From NCBI GenBank assembly GCA_028277205.1, contig JANQGT010000004.1, positions 40,348 to 104,347 on the forward strand: a stretch of DNA of 64,000 bases. Reading direction: 5' to 3'. The stretch is from Candidatus Altimarinota bacterium. Lineage in GTDB: Bacteria > Patescibacteriota > Gracilibacteria > BD1-5 > UBA2023. The position numbers were made by a program, and so were the translations under genes. Of this stretch, positions 10,183 to 22,548 are shown piece after piece. The notes beneath the pieces are model-generated. The model ran no database searches, had not been told where the DNA came from, and was given only the letters and a program-made list of their open reading frames with translations. Position 1 is the stretch's first letter. The number at the start of each line of letters is the position of its first letter.

Positions 10183-12294
10183 ATGATCCCGGTTTTTTCG
10201 AGATCCTCTAGCTCCTGGATAAAAAATGCCCTGCTCGTCGCCTGTATCGTGACACTCGTCGCCTGGTGAACAGTAGTCGGGATTTCCGCACTTTTCGGGA
10301 CGTTTTTCATATCGCTCAATCTCACGTACCGAGACTTCCTTTTGACAGCCGACTCATACGATCCGAGTCGAGCTACGCAGACGATCGTCATCGTCGAAAT
10401 CGATGACGAGACGCTCCAGGATCCGGAGCGCGGGGGACTCGGGCGATGGCAGGAATTTCGGCGGGAGTGGTACTCCCGAGCAGTCGAAAATCTCATCGCC
10501 GACGGCGCGGCGGTGGTGGGACTCGATGTGCTCTTATCAGAGCCGTCGCGTGATGAGGGTGACGATATCCGCCTCGAAAACACGCTCGGCATCCACAGCG
10601 ATCAAGTTGTCCTCGGTTTTTTCGCAGGCAGAGACAAACAAACAAGCATTTTCCCGCTTGAGATTTTCTCTGATGCGACCCGGAGCATAGGATTTTTCAA
10701 TCAAAAACCCCATCCAGTCAACCGAACCATCTACACCACCGAGACACACCGGATGCTCGCAAACAGTCTCTACGAGAGCTTTCCGATCGCGCTACTGCGG
10801 CGCTACTACGAGCGAGGATTTGGTCTGTCCGATACTCTCTCGGCAGCCAGAAAACACGACAGTCGCAGCTACACGCTTTTTGAAAATGACTTTGTCGCGA
10901 CATCCGTCCCGTACGCATCGTACAATTCTCGATCGTTTTTCTTTCGTCCGAAATGACCGGGCACATTCGAGCGAATTTCATTTCGCGACGTGCTCTCGCG
11001 AGACTATCCACGCTCGGTCGTAGAGGATAAAATCGTCCTCATCGGCGCCACCGCGACCGCACTGCAGGACGAGCACCCCACCGCCATCGGCAGAATCCCC
11101 GGCGTCTACATCCACGCGAGCGGACTCGCCACCATCCTCACAAAGTCATATCTTGTCCTATTGGACACCTGGATCGAGCATATTTGACTTTTGATATTTT
11201 TATTTCTCATCGCGAGTCTGGGCATCATATTGCGCAGTCTCTTGCTCTTTACGGGGATTGTCGTGCTTCTTTTGGGGGGATTTTTCTTTGGTTCGCTCGC
11301 ACTCGCAGGGCATACCGGATTTCTCATCGCGCACACGATCGAGACGCTTTTGGGCGTTCTCTTCACGCTCGTAGGTGTCAGCCTCTATCGCTATATGTAC
11401 GAGGATGCAGGACGTCGGGTACTGCAGGAGGCACTCTCGCAATACCTGGCAAAAGACCTCGTCATTCACGTCCTGGACAACTACGAATCGGTAAAACTCG
11501 GAGGAACCCGCCGGGAAGTGACGAGCTTTTTCTCGGATATCGAGGGATTTACGACCATGGCGGAGCACCGCGAACCAGAAGAACTCGTGCGTTTTCTGAG
11601 CATCTATCTCAAGGAAATGTCCGACATCATCATTGCAAAAAAATGATTTGTCAATAAATATGAGGGCGATGCGATCATGGCGCTCTGGGGAGCGTTTTCG
11701 CCGAAATCCGAAGATCCGTTTGACGCGTGTGAGGCGGCACTCCTCCAGCAGGAAGCCATCGAAGAGCTCAATGCCGGAACATTCGCCCGATTCGGACTCG
11801 CGGTCAAAACGCGAATGGGAATCAACTGCGGTTCTGCGATCGTCGGAAATATCGGAAGCCTCGGAAAGAAAATCGAGTTTACGGCGCTCGGGGACTCGGT
11901 CAACATCGCCGCGCGCCTGGAGAGCGCCAACAAAATATACAAGACAACCATCCTCATAAGCGAAGCCGTCGCCGATATCGTCCGCGATGTCATGATGCTC
12001 CGGCGTCTGGACAGGCTGCGACTGCGGGGAAAAAATCAATTTGTGCGAGTATACGAGCTAGTGGGACGTCGCTCGGAGGTAGACGAGGATACCCGGGATT
12101 TTTGTCAAAAATTCGACGAGGCGATGAGTATCTACGACGCTGGAAATTTTTCCGAGGCGGCAGAGTGGTTTGAGATCCTCCTACGTCTACGCGGCGATGA
12201 TGGACCGACCAAGCTCTTTCTCTCGCGATCGGTAGCACTGCGCGATGATCCGCCCGAATCATGGGACGGCACAGTCGATGCTTTGGAAAAATAG
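10183..12294 (+). CDS. CHASE2-sensor class III adenylate/guanylate cyclase
   Basis: Five same-frame pieces (10183.., 10342..10956, 10990..11187, 11191..11646, 11677..12294). The product has an N-terminal TM helix, a periplasmic CHASE2-like region, 3 TM helices and a cyclase core (FFSDIEGFTTMAE ... EFTALGDSVNIAARLES). It starts 3 nt after the FecR-protein stop. Confidence 0.8.
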
Positions 12295-12352
12295 GATTGC
12301 ATTTTATGCGGATCGTGATAGGATTGAGAGTTGTTTTTTTACCAAAAATTTT

Positions 12353-12691
12353 ATGGCAGACACACAGGACGCAGCAATCGAAACCACCTCGACCGATACA
12401 TTCGAACAAGACATCGCCGAGGGCGTGGCTATAGTCGACTTTTGGGCGGAGTGGTGCGGACCCTGCCAGATGATGCTCCCCCGTCTACAGCAGGTCGCGG
12501 GACAGCTGGACGGTCGGGCGCGCGTGATGAAGCTGAATGTGGACGATGATCCCGAGATCGCACAAAATTTTCGCATCATGAGCATTCCGACGATCCTCGT
12601 CTTCAAAGATGGCAAGCCCGTCGAACAATTCGTAGGCGTACAAGAAGTCGATGCACTCGTCGCGGCAGTGGAAAAGCATCTCGCCGCGTAA
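12353..12691 (+). CDS. trxA: Thioredoxin
   Basis: WCGPC active site within VDFWAEWCGPCQMM, plus the MSIPTILVFKDGKPV motif. Confidence 0.95.
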   Translation: MADTQDAAIETTSTDTFEQDIAEGVAIVDFWAEWCGPCQMMLPRLQQVAGQLDGRARVMKLNVDDDPEIAQNFRIMSIPTILVFKDGKPVEQFVGVQEVDALVAAVEKHLAA

Positions 12692-12700
12692 TCGTCACAA

Positions 12701-13252
12701 ATGAAAATCTATCTCGCCGGCAGCATCCCAAAGGGTGCGGAGGAGGCGAAAGAGTTTGAAAACTGGCGCGTCGCGTACACGGACATTTTACAGATGGCGA
12801 GTCCGCAGATCGAGACGATAGACCCCGACGAGCATACGATGCATGAGGGAGATCAATTTCTGGTATTCGGATGTGACTGCGCGGATATCGCCTGCGCCGA
12901 TCTGGTCGTCGTCAATGCCGAGATGCGCATGGGTGTCGGGACGAGTCAGGAGATGTGCGTGGCAAAATACTATGAAAAACCGGTCATCGTCGTGCTGCCG
13001 CGCGATACCTATCATCGCCGATCGCATGTCCGATTTCGAAAGTGAAGTGAACCGGTAGCGGACTGGATCCATCCGTTTCTCTTCGGATTTTCCGATGTCA
13101 TCGTCGCCTCGCGCGAGCATCTGCCCGAAGCACTGAAAGCCATCAAAACACGACCGACGAAGACAATGGCGATCGTTGAGGCAGCGGCACAGTTTGCAAA
13201 GACCGGGGGGAGTACCGCCCCCCGGGACGCGGCTCCCGTATTGATCGGGTAG
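12701..13252 (+). CDS. Nucleoside 2-deoxyribosyltransferase-like protein
   Basis: MKIYLAGSI..., ADLVVVNAE..GVGTSQEMCVAKYYEKPVIVV match the family pattern. One TGA is read through to TAG 13250..13252. Confidence 0.5.
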
Positions 13253-13435
13253 GGGTTTGTCCCTGTCAGCGCAGAGTGTGATTATTTTTTCGATACAGCT
13301 CTCCCCGCGAGACGAAAAAATTTTTCGCGCTTGAGTCTTATTCATACGTATTATCGGACGCAGACAGCTTTCCAGAGCTCATCAATAGCGCCAAAAACTT
13401 TGAGAGAAAAGACGACATGCTATTTTTCAGCTGCC

Positions 13436-16000
13436 CTATCTCGCCACCCGATCTACCGAAAACTCACGTAAAAACTCAGCAAGCAACGGGGGCGGACGAC
13501 GAATGGCGCGCGTCGAGTAGTCGACGACGACCCCGACAGACAGCGCCTCGTACGACGTCTCGCCGCGGATATACGTCCGGCTCTCGACGAGCGGCGCACT
13601 CTCACCAAAGAGCGACCCATCCACGATCAGCCGATTGGAGGTATCGCCGGGAGCCCGGATCTGTCCCGAAAGCGCGAGGTAGACCCCCGCGATACGAGAG
13701 ACGGCGGGATCGATGATGATATCTCCCCGCTTGACGATAAACGCATAGCTCGAGTCTTGGCTGTTTTCGATATCTCCATCTATGTACAGATCGCCATCCT
13801 CGACGATGATAGTGCGGACATCTGAAAGCGTCATACCCTGCAGCAAGAGATCGCCGCTCGAGTGAATCCGGATATTTTCGCGATCCGCGAGAGCGGGCAA
13901 CAGCGTATCAAACTGGCTCGCAGAGCCGATGACACTCGCAGGCGAAGAGGACGCTCCGACGGTATTTGTACTGCGCTCAAATTCATTTTGCTCCTGCGAG
14001 ATCTCGGCACTGATGCGATACTGCGTATCCGCATCGACGACTCCCGCATGCGAGAGCGACGAGAGATTTTTTCCGAGTCCGAAATTACCCGTACGCGCGG
14101 CGACACTCGTAAAGTTTCCACTCTGAAGTCAATCAATGAATTGCTGCGTCGAGACATTGCCCGGATCAAAATTGAGGTATCACACGTCGTATCCCGCCTC
14201 ACGTGCGAGGTATCCGCCACCGCCGTTCGTACTCGCGATAGCACTGCGAGCGACTCGCACCTGGATCGGCTCCTGCAGGTATCCCAGCTCGAGGAAAAAC
14301 GAGCTCGAATTCGTATCGCGATAGGGATCCGAGAGAGAGGCGGTATTTCCCCGCATGCTCTCGACACCCGATTCATTACCGGAAAAGAGATCGACCCGGA
14401 ACGCCGGAGTGCTCATCGTGATCGTCTTGCAGTAGTCGGTGTCGGTATTTTGTATAGCGCCGTCATTGTCCCGCAGGCAGGCGAGCCGGCTTTGGAGAGC
14501 AAATGGAAACGATCGAGCAAATGTGAGCGTCGCTCCGGAGCGAAATACCGGCACGTCATTCCCGACGATCACCCGGAAATCCGAGAGATCCGAGGCGCCC
14601 GATCCCGGATGCGTCAGCAGAAAATCTCATGGAAACTGTCCGGGATTTGTAGAAAATGTGAGCGAACACGACGACGAACATCCCGGGTGAGCGGCATCGC
14701 ATTCCTCGCCGTGACGCGACTGGACGACGCCGTCTCCGCAGTAGGTACAGTCACTGCGGCACTGCGGGAGCAATCCCGGCTCGCACGCCTCTCCGGTCTG
14801 GACGATACCATCTCCGCAAAATCCTCATCCGCTTCATCATCCGAGTGCGGTCAGCAAACCTCCTCCCGGATTCGAAGCATAGGTAGCGCTACAGTTTCCG
14901 CCGGCGGGACTGCCGTTACATGCCCAGGTATACTGAATAGTTCCGTTTGAGCCGGGTGGATTTTCGATGAAATCATGGACAGCGGTCGATCCGGCAGCAC
15001 AGAGCCCGGGTGTCGCACTGGTGATCGGCGAGGAAATAAGACCGGTCGTAAATCCGGCGAGACACTGCGCGCCTCCACCGCCCGGAGAGTACGTCGCCGT
15101 GCACGATCCGCCGACGGCGCTGCCATTACATGCCCAGGTGTACACCGTGGAGCCTCCGGCGGAGTTGACCGTGAAATTTTGGACGGGACCGGTCTGACAG
15201 AGTCCGCCACTGGCAGCGGTGAGCGTCACCGGGACCGAGCCAACCGTATTTCCCGGAATGCACTGAGCACTCGTAGTCGTCGTCGTACAGGTCGCGGAGC
15301 ACCCGGAGCCAGCCACGCCATTTTGCGCACCGAGGTCGCACTGCTCCTGCGGAGAGTCTAGGACACCGTCTCCGCACCATGCGGTGTAGAGATTTACACA
15401 CTCGACATGCCGGCGGGGAGGTGGGATATTTGCATATTTTCGTCAAAAGAATGTATACGGCTGACCATTATTGAGAATCGTGAGAAGCGTCCTTCCATCC
15501 GAAAGAGTGCTCTCGGATGCACGCCAATATCGAAACTCTCCGAAACCGGAAACATTATTTTCTCCAAACGAAGGAATAGAATACCGAAGATCATACACTA
15601 TACGTCCTGCTATATCATTTCGATTTGCGGGATGCGTGGTAAAGCGCAATCCACGCACATTGAAAATGAGTATTTCATTCACACCCGGAGGAATAAAATT
15701 TGAGCTCGGCTTTGTGTCGGTCGACACCTGAAAATTCGTATCAATATTTCCTCCGACATTTTGGAGGATCGCATTCGAGTATATGTAGGAAAAAACGATC
15801 TCCGGGGAGCTGCCACCAGTACGGCGAAAAAAATCCCAGCTGTCAAATCGTTCTCCCACGTACACCCGATCAGATATGCACACCTCACACGCGTGTCCGC
15901 CCGTATCAAATCCGCTACATGATGCATCGACGAAAGCGATGCCGGAAAACATGAATACTACTGCTGCTAAAAATCGAGCGGAGTTCCTGACGTATTTCAT
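13436..16000 (-). CDS. Large secreted protein (854 aa) with cysteine-rich CGDG(V/I)(V/L)Q..EECD repeats and tandem YTWACNGS modules
   Basis: ORFs 15443..16000, 14837..15316, 14180..14572 and 13436..13900 are all in one frame, and the gaps contain only TGA. Signal peptide MKYVRNSARFLAAVVFMFSGIAFVDA. The repeats resemble the Myxococcus-type cysteine-rich repeat. Confidence 0.75.
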
Positions 16001-16131
16001 GATGTCTGAGGACTACTGAGAGAATCGGAAGTATGTTGTTTTTGGGTACGCTGATCCGAGGCAGTGTCCGTAACCGTCGGCGAACATGCGGACAAAAACA
16101 CGAGCACGATCGTCACCACAATATATTTCAT
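15967..16131 (-). CDS. Putative small lipoprotein (54 aa)
   Basis: MKYIVVTIVLVFLSAC carries a lipobox (LSAC). With table 25 it reads through the TGA that overlaps the start of the next gene. It is too short for the ORF track. Confidence 0.3.
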
Positions 16132-16184
16132 CAGTCATTGTAATAAAAACTACATAAAAGGCAAATTGATAATATTCTTAATAT

Positions 16185-19100
16185 TTAGAATGTCGTTCCT
16201 CCTCATCCCGCTGGCGCTTCTCCCGGACTCACACCGGCTTTAGGAGCTGTTGCTCCGCCTGCTTCTCATTGTGACGGCAGATCCGATGGTGGGTCCGATG
16301 GTGGGTCCGATGGCGGGGAGTCCGATTCACCTGAGGCGACTTGTTTGGTTTCGTCATCGAGATCTATCCCTCTGGCAACTCCGAGTCCGAAATTTCGTCC
16401 CACCGCCCGAAGCGTATACGGCTGTACCGTCAGTCCTTTTTGGATGGGGACGATCTCATTTCGGATTTGAAAATTCGAGATCAGGAGCGCGTCATTCGCG
16501 CAGTCTCCCCACTTCGCGTAGGCGATGTCAAAGGAGATCGTATCGTCTGAAGTATTTTTCATCGCAGCGATGAGTGCCTCTCTCTCCATACCCGTCAACT
16601 GTACGAGCGCCGCTATGAAGTGATCCGGAAGCGCGTCGACGAGTGTCTCGCGGACGGTGGCATCGTCAATGGGGTGCATAAACGGTCCGTCTGCTCCCGG
16701 GAGCTTCGCAAGCTCGATGGATCCGGATATCGGCATCATACCGCGATGGACGAGCTCTCCACCCTCTACCATGCTCGATACTGGAAAGGCAATGGCATTT
16801 TCATTCGAAAGCGTCGTGGACTCGGTATAGGTCGCATCTTTCGCCGCTTCGTTGAATGCATCTTGTGCTTCCTGGATAACACTCTCAGGAATTCCCTGCT
16901 TTGCTAAATACTCGCGAAATACGCGCTGGCGCTGATAGGCTTTATTTGTATGTCCGAGCGATGTATCGAATGTCGCGACACTCATCTGCAGGAGAATATA
17001 CTGCTGCGCCAGATTTTCATTCATGTCCTCCGGTACATGTCGGAGTGGATTTTCTCCCTCCAGAATCCTATCCAGTCGAGCGATGTTTGCCCGTCCGAGC
17101 TGACTGACAATGCGCTGAATCGCGTCAGTATGCTCCTCCTGCGTTACACCGATTTTTCCTCGATCATTGAGGCTGTGCATATAGCGAGAGTAGACAGACT
17201 CGAGGATAGCTCGTTTGAGGGTATCGGCATTCTGATCTGCCTCTATCGCTGTGAAGGCAGCGCTCACGCCATCCGCACCGGCAAATGCTCTATACTGTCA
17301 TCTTCTTCCGTTCACGAGCTGCATGAATCGATCCCATGCATTCCCCAGTTTGCTCGGATTATTTGCCTGTGCGACGATGAGATCCTGGAGATCTCCATCG
17401 CGTCCACCCCGGTCGATATGCTCACGCAGTGCAGATCGGATCGTGCGATAGTCATCATTATCGAGGATTTCTTTCGTCTCGAGTGTCTGCATCGCCTGCG
17501 TCTCCGAGAGCGTCGGAGCCGTGACGATTTTCCTGTCTGACTCATCCCAGCTGTCGGGGATACCCTGATGATCCGACCGATCATAGACAAATGCTCCGCG
17601 TCCGTCCGTACGCGCCCGCTCGATATACAGGACACTGCGACGATATTCGCCGTCATACATCGTCGCGACGAAGAGTTGTTCTTCTTCGGCGCCGGTGATA
17701 TAGTACCCATCCTTACCCTCGTATATCTGCACGCCTGTACTCGCTGGTGCACGATCTATAGCACCGATTTCATCAAATGGGAAATAGTACGCCTGGGTTC
17801 CGCCAATCTCTACGTAGTTGTGCGCTCGCATCTCAAATGGCTTTGTCGTGAGTCCCGCCTCGATCTCCTGGTGGCGCGTGCTCTGCATACGCTGGTAAAT
17901 CGCGTCCGTCTGCTCTATATTCAGCGCTCCTGCGACGATGAGCGCTACCGTCCCGATACCGCCCGTCGCGAGTATGGACGCGAGTCCGACTCCGAATCCG
18001 ACACCGATATTTACGCCCGAGAGACGCAGTCCCTCGTTTTCCTCTGTCAGATTCGCTTTGTACCATGCGGTGATGGCGAGACCGATACGTTTATACAGTG
18101 CTTCTTTTTCCTCTTGACTTCCACTGCTATCGACCCCGATATCATGTGCGACTCTTTTCATGAGTTCGATGATTTCCTTAAATCCATCCTTATCCTCATC
18201 CGAGACTGATACACCCTCGAAGTTGTCTCTTTCATCATCCGCGAGATTTATAGCGATTTGCTCCATCACCCCTCCAAATGCCGCAGACTGCCGCTCGATA
18301 GCGGGATTTTTTTCATGAGCCATGAATGAAACACCCCCTCCAACATCAAATATGCTCGCCGCCGCACTCACCGTCACTCGCGCATCGGAAGGTAAATCTT
18401 TGAAATACGACTGCTCATCTCCCCAAGACCACTGCGCCAGATCCTGAGAGATCACGGCGAATGGAATAAAATTCATGAGACCAGCCGTACCATGTCCTCC
18501 TTCCCACAGTTCCCAGCTTTTCGAAACGCCGATTCCCGGTATGTTATTGAAAAAACCAATTTGGAGGCTGTCAAACCAGAGATCCAACTGCTCAATATCT
18601 ATGGATGCACCAGCACTCACTCCGTCCGGTCAAAACATGACTCCGGCGAATTCCAAAAAGAGTATAGAGAAGAATTTCGTTTGCTCGGCTTCGCTCGATA
18701 TTTTATCAAGGATCTCTCTTACATTTTGATGTTCTCCAGCAGTTTGCTTGAACCTATTCCATTTATCTTCTCCGATTTTGTTGATTATTTCATCCGCGAT
18801 CTGACCATCGCGAATCTTCATCTCCTCATGATACTTTCCCGATCGTCCCGCCTCCATCGCCGCGATACCGCCGAGTGCCGCGTGCGTCAGGTAGTAGCGC
18901 GCAAATTTTGTGCATGCCCGCTCCCTCTTGCTTGCATCTTGCCAGTCACTCACCTGAACGTCCGCCCGATTCATCAATGCTACAAACTCATCGACACTCA
19001 TCCGGATGAGTCGATCATACACGGCATTTTCCGTACCGGCGGCGTGATCGTCTCCGTCCGAGAGATCGCCATCGCGATCGAAATCACAGAGATCTCGCAC

Positions 19101-21713
19101 CATCCTGGAGTAGTTTGTATATCTTCCTTCCGCTTCTTTATCGCGGACGACACCCAGGAGAAAGAGATCAAACGCAATGACCTGCACCTCATCTCCATGC
19201 CAAAAATTATCATTGAAATTAAGTTTGCTCAATAAAAATGCTTTTGTCTCATCATAGGTAGCCCGACGAAATGTATTGTACAGTTCGCGTACTTGCTGGA
19301 GCGACATGTCCCGGATCGCGTCAAATGCTTCGCGATTTCCGCTCCAGTCCAGCCACTCGACCTCTCCCGTCTCGACGCTGTCGATACTGGGGATTTCTGT
19401 GCGTGGCGCATCCGAGAGAGATCTCATACGATCGAGCGCCGATCACTCCACCGGCACAGAGCGAAATCTCGATACAGCTTCTCGGCTCGGTCACGGGGTA
19501 GGTCGTGTAGGTATCGATGGGGCGACAGATGCAGGGGGTGTGGGTCGTACCGCCTCGGCTCCGGTCTGCGCTCCGGATTTCGCGGCATATGCCGCGAAAA
19601 GGGCTTTGTAAGTTATTTCTCCGGGCGCGCCGTCAACAGATCCGGCTGTTCCCCGCTGTGCCGTCTGGAATCTGCGAACGGCATTTTTCGTATTCGTACC
19701 AAAAACTCCATCAATCTTTCAATCCGCCGGAGGAAATCCGAGCGCCGTAAGCATCGTCTGGACAGCTTTGATATAGGATCTGCTTCTGATGAGTTCGGAA
19801 TACCTTGCGCTCTCTACCGTCTGCAGGAAAGAGCGATATTCTTGGATTTTGGGGTTGACTGGTGCAGCTTCGGCTCGCCCTCCCTGTACAGGATCCTCGC
19901 TATCACCATTATGTCTATCGATACCACCAAATATTCCGGAAATTGCTGCAGTCGGAATGCCCATTCCTAAAAGCGTTTCTCTAAAAGTAATCCTGTTTGC
20001 TCGATAATTCGGGTCGCTCTGAGAGAGTCTCCGAAGGGTGCTATCAGACAGAGGTAGATCAATAAGTTTCCATCAATAATTGGGAATGCGAAATTGAAGA
20101 ACTATATTCAATTTGTTGTTGTCTTCTCTTTCTACTTCTGCGAATGTCTCGTCTTGTGCAATCCTCTCTGGTATCTCAAACCTCGCCAGATCCGCCGCGA
20201 GTGCTTGCTCGAATGTCGATTTTTCTGTTTCGGTTAGCTCGCCAGATCCGGGAGCCGCAGGCACCTCTGACGCAAAAAGCCCTTCGATGTGATCAATAGT
20301 CGCCTGTCGCGTGATCGGTCCTATCACGCCGTCAATATCATTTCCTGAAAGATTCACGCGAGATTGCATGTCCCGAACTTTGGCTCTTGTTGAATTTTGA
20401 TACACCTCTAAAATCGTCGTAAGCGTCGAAACAAGATTCTCTCGTCAATCTTTTGCTGCATTGAGCGCATCCTCGATATAGCGCTTGGTCAGGGAATTAT
20501 CTGTATCATTTTCGATACTCGATCTGCTCACTCGGATAGCAGATCACGCATCTCGTTCCCGCTCCCATCTTCTATGTATCTCTAGAGCACTACGGACGAT
20601 CGTCGTCCGACTATCATTATCCATAGTATTTCTATTCCGAACAAGTCTCCTCTGCAATCCCTCTATCGCCTGCATGTCTGCTACGGTCGCATAGGGTTGA
20701 CGCTGGATACCATCTCTTCACATCTCGTACAGACCCGAGAGATAGGCAAATGTGCTTTCATTTGAGGCTACGACAACTCTCGCATCTATGTCGCTGGATC
20801 CCATCTTCGAATAGTCGGGAATTTCTCCGGGAGTCACTCCTGCCGGTGGCCTACCCACCCCCGTCCCTGTGCCCGGCATCGTCCATGTCTGTTCATTTTC
20901 TATGTCCCTTGCGAGATAGTACAGCATATTTGAATACGTATCCCTATCCAATCTTCCACTCGGAACGAAAGGCGCTGCAGCTTGTTCCGTAGTCATTCTT
21001 CTGGCATTCCTATGCAGATTTTGCTGCAGTGCCGATATACTCTCTTGTGATGGATTTGGGGCTGTGACGATACCATAAATAGCCCTGATATTTTCTCTTC
21101 GTGCACTCCCGTCTCTCGCATTATCGGTAGCGAGCGAAAGTATGGCCTGTATATTATGACGGACGTGCGTATCGTCGACTATGAGATCTATCGCATCTCC
21201 GACATCCAAAGTGGACTCGGGTATTTTATTTATATCAATCTTGATAATGTGCTTGAAAATCTCTTCTTGTTTTTTCTTGATAATCTTCCAATCAATGAAG
21301 TACTGAGCAATCTGATTCTTTGCGGCTTGTTCGGCATTTTCCGACGCTTCGGATATTTTATCACCATCCCCATCATAAACACGTGCACGTGCCTGGGTAC
21401 CTCCCGATGAGTCGGACGAATCGGCTATGCGCACGAGAGCATCGAGGATTCTTTCGCCTGCTCGCGGTTCGACAGCCTGTGACCATGATTGCACATCTAT
21501 CGCCGCCTGAAGTGCGCCTACTTTTTTTCTCACTTCATTTGTGATATTTTGTCGATCCACATCCATCGCCTCGAGAAGTCTCCGCGCTTCAGCAGAGGAG
21601 ATTTTTTTGCCCTCTTCACTATCATCAGCGGTGATCTGTTCAAACACTCTCTCTATATGAGTCTGGTCTCCTCTTTCCGGACCATCCATTCTATTATTGT
21701 TCCTTGTTGCCAT
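16185..21713 (-). CDS. Giant protein (1842 aa) with no signal peptide, two peptidoglycan-binding-like repeats and a Gly-zipper hydrophobic segment
   Basis: ORFs 20718..21713, 20073..20405, 19719..19964, 18630..19427, 17298..18620 and 16266..17267 share one minus frame. I translated every gap and found only TGA (11 in total), with no TAA or TAG until TAA 16185..16187. Confidence 0.8.
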
Positions 21714-21769
21714 ATTTGTGTATAAAAAAAGTACAGCGCCTCCAGATTACCCTATATTTTTCACGAATG

Positions 21770-21796
21770 CAAAAAAAGAAAGAGTCTTCTCTTTCT
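21770..21796 (-). terminator. Rho-independent terminator between the small Gly/Arg-rich gene and the giant gene
   Basis: AGAAAGAG-loop-CTCTTTCT forms an 8-bp stem with T-runs on both strands (T7 on the minus strand). Confidence 0.6.
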
Positions 21797-21843
21797 TTTT
21801 CTTTCGAGCCTGCAAATACTAGATATCAGACTCGAGATGAGTA

Positions 21844-22326
21844 CTAGAGTCTATGAGATGCTCAGATTGTGAATCCGGATAGTCCTTTTCCTGATTGGGG
21901 TCATCCTCTTCTTTCTTGACTCAGAGATCGTCTTAGTGTCTCCTCCAATTGACGCAGATCAACTCTGTCGGCAGCGCCACCGAATCGAGGGACAGTATTG
22001 AAGCGAGGATCACCTCAAAGATTTCCGGTCGCTCTCTGAGAAAATCCTCCGTAGGGTTCTCCTCGACCATCACGACGATTGAGTTGTTGGGCGGTCTGCA
22101 TCATCCCATCCACCCCGAGACTTCCCCGAGTCTCGACACCGAGCGCCGCACGCTCTGCGTCCATCGCTTCTCGGAGGGCGCTCTGTGCTTTGGTGCGACC
22201 CTCTATTCCCGCGCCATCAAGTCGATTGTTCACCTCTGCATTTCCCGCACGTAGTCCGCTCAGACGATCTGCGGGGGATGCTGATTGCTCGAGAGCTGCC
22301 GCGCTCTCCGGTCCTCCTGTTGCCAT
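21844..22326 (-). CDS. Hypothetical Gly/Arg/Ala-rich, probably disordered protein (160 aa)
   Basis: ORF 22015..22464 extends across three TGA to TAG 21844..21846. I chose the start at MATGGPES (22326); an upstream start at 22377 is possible. Confidence 0.4.
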
Positions 22327-22548
22327 AAAAATGATATAAAGAGTAGAAATGCGATCGAAGCAATATCGATACGACATGACTACTCTATCAGAGTTTTTTT
22401 CATACTGCAAATTTTTTGTCAAATCTGCTTTCTCATTTTCCACGCGAGAAGCGTGGAGATGCATATCCTGACGATCAAAGCGGTCAAATCAAGACAACTG
22501 CCGCTTGATAATTTTGCCGTGTGCTATCGCGATAGAAAAGAAGTATCC

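Noticed and set aside
13862-14950. Long standard-code ORFs on the strand opposite to the genes I call. Examples: 13862..14950 +, 146..778 +, 8250..8960 +, 22285..23304 +, 33085..33921 +, 33771..34751 +, 62447..63256 +, 11200..12039 -, 25624..26193 -.
   Set aside because: Their translations are Arg/Ser/Pro-rich and low-complexity, with no motifs. They overlap the opposite strand of genes that have unmistakable conserved motifs. Such shadow ORFs are expected in GC-rich coding DNA.
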